From a virus (taxonomy: Duplodnaviria > Caudoviricetes), in IMG/VR virus record IMGVR_UViG_3300047157_000104, positions 1-62,485 of that record: 62,485 bases of DNA; one strand, written 5' to 3'. Below the pieces are notes generated by a model. That model worked only from the letters and a program-made list of their open reading frames with translations, was not told the DNA's origin and ran no database searches. A program made the translations under genes and the position numbers. Below, piece after piece: positions 45,467 through 53,104 of the stretch (position 1 is its first letter; every line of letters begins with the position of its first letter).

Positions 45467-45523
45467 TTTACAATATAAATACGATGACAGTAGGATATTA
45501 AGTATAAAATTAAATAAAAATAT

Positions 45524-45787
45524 ATGAAAAGAATTACATTATTACACAGGCTAAAGCCAGAAGTTAAAGCAGCATTAGAAAAAAACAAACTAGATTACGA
45601 TTTCTCTATCGACCTTATCTACAAAGAGTTAGATGAAGTTGTAGTGTACCAAGATCTTAAAATGTCTACTATATACTCTATATACTTATTTAGTAGCATA
45701 GATATGTATGAAGCTGATGTGTATGACATCAGGTGGGGCGGTAATTTATTCTTAGAAGATAACGATTTAACAATAGAAACATTATGA
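45524..45787 (+). CDS. Early hypothetical protein
   Basis: 87-aa ORF after motif copy 7. Confidence 0.55.
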   Translation: MKRITLLHRLKPEVKAALEKNKLDYDFSIDLIYKELDEVVVYQDLKMSTIYSIYLFSSIDMYEADVYDIRWGGNLFLEDNDLTIETL

Positions 45788-46014
45788 GCAAAACAAAAGA
45801 ATTACCAGAGTGGTTTGATGGTATCAAATACTCTGAAGGCGAAACGATCACTAACCCGTTTTCAGGCGATAGCTATGACTGTAGCGCAGATGAAGCAGCT
45901 ATGTACGACCTAATTATGGGTGCAAACATGACTAAAAACTGGACAATAGTACAAAAAGGTTGTGACTGGTTTAGAAAAGCAAACCCTGAAGCATATATGG
46001 TGCTACTAGATTAA
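45784..46014 (+). CDS. Conserved phage hypothetical protein
   Basis: 76 aa (NPFSG...WFRKANPEAYMVLLD). Confidence 0.6.
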   Translation: MSKTKELPEWFDGIKYSEGETITNPFSGDSYDCSADEAAMYDLIMGANMTKNWTIVQKGCDWFRKANPEAYMVLLD

Positions 46015-46053
46015 TTTACAAATACAATACGAAACAAGTAAGATAATAATAAT

Positions 46054-46260
46054 ATGAATAAATTAACTGGATTTGAAAGGTTCTGCATAAGTTCTGCATT
46101 AGATATGTGGATCAAAGAACAAGAACAACACATCGTAAAAGCTGAAGCAGCTGGTAAACGAACAATAATAGCACAAGGCTATTGGAAAATGGTCGGTGAA
46201 GACCTAGAGCGTAAAATAACTAAATTAACATATAAAAAACACTTAGAAGATGTCAGATAA
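46054..46260 (+). CDS. Early hypothetical protein
   Basis: 68-aa ORF after motif copy 8. Confidence 0.55.
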   Translation: MNKLTGFERFCISSALDMWIKEQEQHIVKAEAAGKRTIIAQGYWKMVGEDLERKITKLTYKKHLEDVR

Positions 46261-46714
46261 AATTATAATAGAAGAAGTATTATGGGAAAAGCTTGAAGAA
46301 AAAGGTATTAAGCAACCATACGACACAGATCATGAAGAACAATTAGAAAAAGTATTAGATCATTGGGATGCTAGCATAACGGGCGACTGGGATGACAGCT
46401 GCAATAGATGGTTTTATATGGAATCAACAGCCGACAGCTATGAATTATACGTAGCTACATATGGTAAACCTAATGATATTAGTATAGGTGAAAATGTATA
46501 CTACTACGAAAACGGTTGGCTAGAAGAGCTACCTAACTGCATAAAAGACGGTGCTAATATATTTTTCTCAGAGCTAGAAACTGGTAACTACGAGTTTATA
46601 GATGCTATTAACGAAACGTATGAGCATTACTTCGAAGACAAAGTAGAAGAAATGCAAGATGAACTACTAGATCAAGGTTGGATACTTCAAAACGACATGG
46701 TGATCGATGCCTAA
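46250..46714 (+). CDS. Highly acidic hypothetical protein
   Basis: 154 aa, very D/E-rich with few basic residues. Confidence 0.6.
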   Translation: MSDKIIIEEVLWEKLEEKGIKQPYDTDHEEQLEKVLDHWDASITGDWDDSCNRWFYMESTADSYELYVATYGKPNDISIGENVYYYENGWLEELPNCIKDGANIFFSELETGNYEFIDAINETYEHYFEDKVEEMQDELLDQGWILQNDMVIDA

Positions 46715-47117
46715 TATTAAAGAACTTGACATAGTGTATATGAACATAGCTGGTGAAATTAGCCAGCTAAGTAAATGCAAAAGAAAGAAGGTCGGTGCTA
46801 TTATAGTTAAAGATAACAATATATTATCCTTTGGTTATAACGGTACGCCTTCTGGCTTCTGCAACACTTGCGAGGAAGACGACAGGACAAAATGGTCTGT
46901 ACTACACGCAGAGTCTAACGCTATAGTTAAAGTAGCTAAATCTACCAACAGTTCAAGTGGATCTACGCTGTACTGTACGTTGTCTCCCTGTAGAGATTGC
47001 AGTAAGTTGATAATACAAGCAGGTATAATTAAGGTAGTATACAAAGAAGTTTATGAAGGATCAACCGAAGGGCTTGATCTTATGGAAGAATCAGGAATAA
47101 AAATAATAAAAATATAA
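46707..47117 (+). CDS. dCMP deaminase (ComEB family)
   Basis: KVGAIIV, GYNGTPSG, HAESNA, PCRDC zinc motifs. Confidence 0.93.
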   Translation: MPNIKELDIVYMNIAGEISQLSKCKRKKVGAIIVKDNNILSFGYNGTPSGFCNTCEEDDRTKWSVLHAESNAIVKVAKSTNSSSGSTLYCTLSPCRDCSKLIIQAGIIKVVYKEVYEGSTEGLDLMEESGIKIIKI

Positions 47118-47581
47118 TGGGTACAAGAAGTTTAACAAGAATAATACCAAGACAAGAAGGTTTGTCTTACAGTGAAGGTCATACTAGAGCTGAGTTAGCG
47201 CTAGTAAACATATATCAACAGTACGATGGTTATCCAGAGTATATGGCTGTTGAGTATGCAGAGTGGTTGAAAGATATAAAGATCATTAATGGCTTAGGCG
47301 GTAACAAAAATCTTAATGAGATAGCTAATGGAGCAGGTTGCTTTGCAGCTCAGTTCATAGCTAAATTCAAAGATCGAGCTGGTCAAATGTATCTACAAGC
47401 AATAGACAACGAGATCGGTTGGGCTGAGTATATATATACTTTATACCCTAAAGCAGATCACGACACTTATATGTCTATATATAAAGTTTCTACTAGAACT
47501 GTTATATTTGTAGGTAAGCCAGAAAAAGCTCTACAACGGTACGATGAAAATTACAAAACAAATACGAAACAAGAAGGATAA
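47117..47581 (+). CDS. Conserved phage protein (MGTRS...YDGYP type), function unknown
   Basis: 154-aa ORF; its 3' end runs through motif copy 9. Confidence 0.65.
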   Translation: MGTRSLTRIIPRQEGLSYSEGHTRAELALVNIYQQYDGYPEYMAVEYAEWLKDIKIINGLGGNKNLNEIANGAGCFAAQFIAKFKDRAGQMYLQAIDNEIGWAEYIYTLYPKADHDTYMSIYKVSTRTVIFVGKPEKALQRYDENYKTNTKQEG

Positions 47582-47601
47582 TAATATAAAAAATATACAA
47601 A

Positions 47602-48438
47602 ATGAAAAAAGCCATGTTAGCACACAAGTTCGATCAATCACGTATCGACTTCAAAAGACCAATTTACATTCAAGCAAAGCTTGACGGCGTTCGCTGCTTA
47701 TTCACGAAAGACGGTGCATTCTCACGCAACGGCAAGCAGTTCATGAACGTACGTCACATTGAAATGGCACTCAAGCCTTTCTTTGCTGAACAACCAGATG
47801 TAGTACTCGATGGCGAGCTTTACAATCACAAGCTAAAGCGCGACTTCGAAAAGATCATATCACTAGTACGTAAGCAAAAGCCTACAGATGAAGACAGGCT
47901 CGATGCTCAGCATCTAGTACAGTTTCACGTATATGATTACTTCGATGGTGTGATGTATGACAACTATCAAGCGCGTATGCAGTTACTTGTAAACGCAGGT
48001 TTCTACGATGCACAGATCAAGCACGTTCCTGCATTACTAGTTGATAGCTACAATTACGCTAGAGTTCAGCACGAAGAGTTTTTATCACTCGGTTACGAAG
48101 GCTCAATTATAAGAAATGGCGATGGTATATACAAGCACGGTAGATCTTACGATCTAATGAAGTTCAAAGACTTCAGCGACACCGAAGCTACTATCATCGA
48201 TTATGTTACTGGTAAAGGTAAACGGACTGGCACGCTTGGCAAGTTCATTATGCAAGATGACGACGGTGTAGTGTTCGGTTGTCCTCCGGGCAAGGGCTAC
48301 TCGTACAAGGATCTTAAAACAATGCTCAAGAACGTAGATTCTTTTATTGGCAAGCGCGCTACCTTTACTTATTTTCAAAGAACTAAAGCTAACAGCTACA
48401 GACACCCACTATTTAAATGTATTAGAAATTATGAATAA
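47602..48438 (+). CDS. lig: ATP-dependent DNA ligase
   Basis: KLDGVR, LDGEL, FHVYD, EGSIIR, LMKFK, RHPLF. Confidence 0.93.
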   Translation: MKKAMLAHKFDQSRIDFKRPIYIQAKLDGVRCLFTKDGAFSRNGKQFMNVRHIEMALKPFFAEQPDVVLDGELYNHKLKRDFEKIISLVRKQKPTDEDRLDAQHLVQFHVYDYFDGVMYDNYQARMQLLVNAGFYDAQIKHVPALLVDSYNYARVQHEEFLSLGYEGSIIRNGDGIYKHGRSYDLMKFKDFSDTEATIIDYVTGKGKRTGTLGKFIMQDDDGVVFGCPPGKGYSYKDLKTMLKNVDSFIGKRATFTYFQRTKANSYRHPLFKCIRNYE

Positions 48439-48610
48439 TATAACAGATTACAGAGCAGTTGGCCTTGCTGAAGGATTTGAAGAAGGCACTGAAGAAGAAA
48501 TAATTGAAGCTTGGCAACATCTACATGATACTGGCTTAGCTTACACACTACAAGGCTGGTTCGGAAGAGCAGCATCAAACTTAATAGAACAAGGAATTAT
48601 AAATGAATAA
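48431..48610 (+). CDS. Small conserved phage protein
   Basis: MNNITDY...AWQHLHDTGLAYTLQGWFGRAA; ATG overlaps the ligase end. Confidence 0.55.
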   Translation: MNNITDYRAVGLAEGFEEGTEEEIIEAWQHLHDTGLAYTLQGWFGRAASNLIEQGIINE

Positions 48611-49115
48611 ATTATTAATAGCAACTATAGCAGTGAGCTTAGCGATGCCAAAAAGCAACGTGAGTAATGCTATACACAAGTCCGCTCCGGCAGACGAGCA
48701 AGTAAAAGTAACGATCGAGCCATCATGGGAAGATTTAATCGATGCGATAATCTACGTAGAAAGTAGAGGTAACGACTCTGCTATTGGCGATCGAGGTAAA
48801 GCTGTAGGCTGTTTACAAATACAACCTATATGCGTAAGAGAAGTTAATAGAATACTGCGTAAGCATAAGTCAAACGTAAGATACTCATTACAAGATCGTT
48901 ACAGTAGAGAAAGATCCATACAAATGTTTAACATTGTTGCAGAGCAGTATGCATGTTGTGAGTATGTTACATTTATGGAGTATGCAGAGATCGTATCTAG
49001 AAGATGGAATGGCGGTCCTCGCGGAGATAAAAAGAAAGCAACAATTAAATATTGGTACAAAGTTAAACCACATTTACAAAACAAATACGAAGAACATAAG
49101 ATAACAAACACATGA
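48603..49115 (+). CDS. Lysozyme-like/lytic transglycosylase with N-terminal signal sequence
   Basis: AIIYVESRG...GCLQI...WNGGP; hydrophobic N-terminus. Confidence 0.75.
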   Translation: MNKLLIATIAVSLAMPKSNVSNAIHKSAPADEQVKVTIEPSWEDLIDAIIYVESRGNDSAIGDRGKAVGCLQIQPICVREVNRILRKHKSNVRYSLQDRYSRERSIQMFNIVAEQYACCEYVTFMEYAEIVSRRWNGGPRGDKKKATIKYWYKVKPHLQNKYEEHKITNT

Positions 49116-49591
49116 ACATATTTTATTTAGACGCAGATCCAGATACGGCTGCTAGGTTACAATACAATAAACACGTTGTAAAAATGGTTCTTGAGTCAGC
49201 TCAAATGCTATGCTCGGCGCATCATTTTCATGGCAATGGTGACAACGTTCCATACAAAGTAAGCCACATTAACCATCCAAGCACCATCTGGACTCGTTCT
49301 AATACTAAGCATTACAATTGGTTATACCAACATATGATGTCTTTAGGAGATGAATATACGTTCAGATATGGCAAAACACATTTGACAATTACTAAATGCA
49401 GAGATGCTCTTAAATGGCCTCCTATGGGCATGACTACGTCAGATTTTAAGCAACCTCCACAAGCAATGCCAGATGAATACAAAAGCGCATGTAGTATAAA
49501 GGCCTACTGGAGATACTATATTGCTGAGAAACACACAGTAGCAAACAAAAATGAGAAAATTTATGAAGGAGATTATAATAAAATTATTTAA
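49112..49591 (+). CDS. Pyrimidine-dimer DNA glycosylase-like protein (T4 endonuclease V superfamily)
   Basis: MNIFYLD...KHVVKMVLESAQML...HINHPSTIW...PPQAMPD. Confidence 0.7.
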   Translation: MNIFYLDADPDTAARLQYNKHVVKMVLESAQMLCSAHHFHGNGDNVPYKVSHINHPSTIWTRSNTKHYNWLYQHMMSLGDEYTFRYGKTHLTITKCRDALKWPPMGMTTSDFKQPPQAMPDEYKSACSIKAYWRYYIAEKHTVANKNEKIYEGDYNKII

Positions 49592-49718
49592 AAGAATAAG
49601 TAATTTTTTTAATGGATTAGTTGCCGCATTAGAAGATGCCGCATATGTAAATGAAGTTAAAAAAGTAACTAAAACAAAGAAAAAGAAAACAAAAAAATAA
49701 AGTAAATATAACATGGCT

Positions 49719-49763
49719 ATGACAATAGCCTATAAGGATTAATAAGTAACTAGCTAATGTCAC
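49719..49763. promoter_or_regulatory. 45-bp imperfect palindromic site B overlapping the ATG of the HTH gene
   Basis: ATGACAATAGCCT...AGCTAATGTCAC; inverted homologue of 41268..41312. Confidence 0.7.
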
Positions 49764-50374
49764 ATGATAGAAATATAAAATGGCTGCATGATAAACGTGT
49801 TATTACACGGTGTTGGCCATGGGAGGATTTACCTAGCAACGAGACTAATCTGTACATGTATTATCAAGAAGGTACATTTCAATGTTATACATTGTTTGCA
49901 AGTAAAGCTAAAATTACTACATACAAATCTTTAAAATGGCATTTTTTAGTTTTAATGTTTTTAAACGAAGACGAAACAGCAGAGTTTATGGAATCTATAT
50001 TTAGATTTATAGCTGATAAAGAAAATGGTTTTGTAACTTTTTTTATAAAACAAACAGTATTAAATAGCATGATAGAAAATGTACTTATGTCACATGGTAA
50101 CCCACCTGTAAATAAAATGCGTAAAGTTATATTTAAACCTGCGGCTTGGCATCTAACATTAAGTGAAAAGCTTAGTATTGTTGGCAAACTTATAGGTAGA
50201 AATAAATTAAACAAAGAAATGCTTTATCAAAGCATGTTAGATATAAACGACGAAGGACAAAGCATAACAACTAAAAAACTAGCAAACCTGCTAAATGTAA
50301 CACAGAGAACAATATATCGCCACATGTGCGATACGCTAAGAACAGAAAAACAAATATTAAATGAAGAGCTATAA
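49757..50374 (+). CDS. DNA-binding protein with C-terminal HTH
   Basis: ITTKKLANLLNVTQRTIYRHM. Confidence 0.7.
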   Translation: MSHDRNIKWLHDKRVITRCWPWEDLPSNETNLYMYYQEGTFQCYTLFASKAKITTYKSLKWHFLVLMFLNEDETAEFMESIFRFIADKENGFVTFFIKQTVLNSMIENVLMSHGNPPVNKMRKVIFKPAAWHLTLSEKLSIVGKLIGRNKLNKEMLYQSMLDINDEGQSITTKKLANLLNVTQRTIYRHMCDTLRTEKQILNEEL

Positions 50375-51116
50375 CGTAAGTAATTACATAAAATATAAAA
50401 CCGATCTTAACAGATCAATGCCTGACGAAGAAAAAGACTATGCTACTCTCACTAGAGACGAACTTATAGTTAGGTTTCTACCTTTAGTAGAGAACTTAGC
50501 ACGTAAATTTTCTACGTCTCAACAAGCATCTGGTGTATTAAGCATCAATGATCTTATACAAGAAGGATCTGTAGGCTTAATAGCTGCGGTTGATAGAATC
50601 GACTGGGTAAAGCTATGCGAATCAGATGACATAGAAAAAACTATAAAGTCTTTTTTAAGCAAAAGAATAAAGGGTGCAATACGAAGAGCTGTCGATATAA
50701 ACAGAGGAAACATACGTATACCTGAGCACAAGCTTAATGAGATAAGAAAAGACTTTGGTAAAAACAGACAAATGGTTGAAATGTTTTTTAACAGTATATT
50801 TTTAAGTATTGATGCAAAGCCTAATCAAGATGAGAATATGGCATATCAAATTGCAGATACATCAGAGCCATACAATAAAGAATTACTTAATTTGTATTTA
50901 AAAGGCTTACTCAAGAAACATCTCAACGACAAAGAATACAACGTACTTAGGTTAAGCTACGGTTTAGATTGTGACAAGCATAGCGCAAAACAAATAGCAG
51001 AACAGTTAGATATAAAAGGTACGTCAGCTTATGTTAGAGTTTCACAACTAAAAAAGCAAGCCGTAGAAAAACTTATTGATAACGTAGATCACTCTCAAGT
51101 GCTTGATTATCTTTGA
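50361..51116 (+). CDS. Phage RNA polymerase sigma factor (sigma70 family)
   Basis: Region 2: LPLVENLARKF...DLIQEGSVGLIAAVDR...IRIP; region 4: VLRLSYGL...KQIAEQL...RVSQLKKQAVEKL. Confidence 0.88.
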   Translation: MKSYNVSNYIKYKTDLNRSMPDEEKDYATLTRDELIVRFLPLVENLARKFSTSQQASGVLSINDLIQEGSVGLIAAVDRIDWVKLCESDDIEKTIKSFLSKRIKGAIRRAVDINRGNIRIPEHKLNEIRKDFGKNRQMVEMFFNSIFLSIDAKPNQDENMAYQIADTSEPYNKELLNLYLKGLLKKHLNDKEYNVLRLSYGLDCDKHSAKQIAEQLDIKGTSAYVRVSQLKKQAVEKLIDNVDHSQVLDYL

Positions 51117-51175
51117 GTTAAACGTTAAAAACTAAAATAAATGTGTAATTATAATAATATCAAACCAACATACCT

Positions 51176-51712
51176 ATGACGTTAAACGACAAATTAACAG
51201 AAATCCAAACTAGATTTAAATCAAAAAAATCTAGGTTCAACTCATTCGGCAAATACCACTTTCGCAGTGCCGAAGACATTCTCGAAGCAACAAAACCCTT
51301 TTTAAAGGAGCTAGGCGTAACAGTTACAATTAATGAAGAATTAATAGCTGATAGCCCTATGCCTGTAATAAAGACTACAGCATCAGTAAACGACGGCAAA
51401 AGTGCTATACACGCAGCTGCCATTGTAGGTGTTGATCTTAATCAAAAAGGTATGCAAACTCCTCAACAGTTTGGATCTGCCTCGAGTTATGCTAAAAAAT
51501 ATGCGTTAGGTAACTTATTTTTAATTGATGACACTCAAGACAGTGACGCTGCCAATACACACGGCAAAGGCTCTGCAAGTACGCTAACGTCTGTAAAAGA
51601 TCCTGCGTTTGCAAAAGCTAAAGCTTATGTTAAAAACGGCGGCAAGCTTGATGCTATCAAGGCAAAATACAAATTAAGTGCTGAAGTTGAGAAAGCACTA
51701 ACAACATTATAA
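51176..51712 (+). CDS. ERF-family single-strand annealing protein
   Basis: FNSFGKYHFRSAEDILEA...QQFGSASSYAKKYALGNLFLIDD..DSD. Confidence 0.85.
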   Translation: MTLNDKLTEIQTRFKSKKSRFNSFGKYHFRSAEDILEATKPFLKELGVTVTINEELIADSPMPVIKTTASVNDGKSAIHAAAIVGVDLNQKGMQTPQQFGSASSYAKKYALGNLFLIDDTQDSDAANTHGKGSASTLTSVKDPAFAKAKAYVKNGGKLDAIKAKYKLSAEVEKALTTL

Positions 51713-52444
51713 ATGGATAAAAAACAAATAATAGAAAAGCTACGTGACGATGAAAGCTATTACGGTAAGTTTGGTAAACAGTACTTAAGTAATAGCGACA
51801 TTAGCACATTATTAAAAAATCCTTTAGCGCTAGGTACACCTAGTAAACCTTCAGCTGCCTTTTTAGTAGGTGGTTACTTTCATACTGCAATACTTGAGCC
51901 ACATAAGCTTAAGAAGTATAAAGTTATCGAAGCGTCTACTAGGAATACTAAAGCGTATAAAGAGATGTCAGGTGGTGAGTTATGTTTGTTGCAACAAGAG
52001 GTTGACAATATAGAGTTATTGACAGATAAGATCATGTCTAACGATATATGCAGAGATCTTATACGCAAAGGAGAAATAACTTACGAAGAACCTGGCATTA
52101 CGGAGATAAATGATCATATGTGGAAAGGTAAGGCTGATATAGTTAATCACAGCGAAAAGCTAGTGGTTGATCTTAAAACCACCAACGACATAAGCAAGTT
52201 TAGATCTTCAGCTTGGAAATACAATTATGATAGCCAAGCATATATTTATAGCAAGATATTTGGTTATGAGTTAATATTTATAGCAATAGATAAAAACACA
52301 CACCAAATAGGTTTATTTGACTGCTCTACTGAATTTATAGAGCGTGGCATTGAAAAGGTTAGCAAAGCCACAGAAGCATATGAGTTGTTCTACAATACAG
52401 AAAACTTTGACGCTGAACAATACTTTATTAACAAAACTTTATAG
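51713..52444 (+). CDS. PD-(D/E)XK exonuclease (RecE/ExoVIII-like)
   Basis: LSNSDI, GGYFHTAILEP, KGKAD, VDLKTT, YDSQAYIY. Confidence 0.8.
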   Translation: MDKKQIIEKLRDDESYYGKFGKQYLSNSDISTLLKNPLALGTPSKPSAAFLVGGYFHTAILEPHKLKKYKVIEASTRNTKAYKEMSGGELCLLQQEVDNIELLTDKIMSNDICRDLIRKGEITYEEPGITEINDHMWKGKADIVNHSEKLVVDLKTTNDISKFRSSAWKYNYDSQAYIYSKIFGYELIFIAIDKNTHQIGLFDCSTEFIERGIEKVSKATEAYELFYNTENFDAEQYFINKTL

Positions 52445-52502
52445 TTTTACAAAATAAATACGATAACCTCAAGATAATAATTAAAAATAAAAATTAAAAT
52501 TT

Positions 52503-52679
52503 ATGGCAAGAACCAGAAAAAACCCAACAAGACTATGCACAGTAACTGGCGTGAAGACCAGCGAAAGCAATTTTTACAAAAACCAAAACCACGTTAAAGC
52601 TGTGGATAACATCAGGCGTAATACCGGTGCTACAAAAGATCAGCTTAGACGTATGTTTAATCAATTAAAAACTTATTAA
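52503..52679 (+). CDS. Small basic hypothetical protein (58 aa, not in ORF track)
   Basis: MARTRKNPTRLCTVTG...NQLKTY; follows motif copy 11. Confidence 0.5.
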   Translation: MARTRKNPTRLCTVTGVKTSESNFYKNQNHVKAVDNIRRNTGATKDQLRRMFNQLKTY

Positions 52680-52681
52680 TT

Positions 52682-52993
52682 ATGGCAAGTATTATAGCAA
52701 CAAGCATTGATCTTACTAAGATACCCAAAGATAAGATCATAAACGGAAAAAAGGGTAAGTATATACCAATAACTATAACGTTGAACGACGAAGTAGATCA
52801 GTTTGGTAATCAAGGTCCAGTGTCTGTTCAGCAGACTAAAGAAGAACGAGAAGCAAAAACTGAAAAGGTTTACCTAGGCAATGTTAAAGTTGTCTGGTCT
52901 AACGGAGATAACGTAGCACCAGCGCCTAGAGACGGTATGGCAGCTCAAGGTAACGTAGTTACTAAACAAGTAGAAGAAGACCTACCATTCTAG
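52682..52993 (+). CDS. ssb: Single-stranded DNA-binding protein
   Basis: IDLTKIPK...DQFGN...YLGN; C-terminal EEDLPF tail. Confidence 0.75.
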   Translation: MASIIATSIDLTKIPKDKIINGKKGKYIPITITLNDEVDQFGNQGPVSVQQTKEEREAKTEKVYLGNVKVVWSNGDNVAPAPRDGMAAQGNVVTKQVEEDLPF

Positions 52994-52994
52994 C

Positions 52995-53087
52995 ATGGAG
53001 CTATGTGAAATGTGCGGGCAAGAAATGTCACGGGAGGAACATGCCTTCTGTGACATATGCCCAGATTGTAGAGAAATAGAATACTAA
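52995..53087 (+). CDS. Tiny Cys-rich zinc-finger peptide (30 aa)
   Basis: MELCEMCGQEMSREEHAFCDICPDCREIEY. Confidence 0.45.
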   Translation: MELCEMCGQEMSREEHAFCDICPDCREIEY

Positions 53088-53104
53088 CAATTTAATTAAA
53101 TAAA

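Larger units (their letters stand above)
41541..52479 (+). repeat. 11 copies of 33-bp motif TTACAA-N4-AATACGA-N9-GATAATA (putative phage promoters)
   Basis: Starts at 41541, 41835, 42184, 42826, 43866, 44673, 45468, 46016, 47551, 49074, 52447; AATACGA and both spacer lengths invariant; each precedes an ATG. Confidence 0.9.

Noticed and set aside
41541-52479. 33-bp repeats as a CRISPR array or integron attC sites
   Set aside because: They are separated by whole genes, non-palindromic and internally variable; no cas or integrase gene is visible
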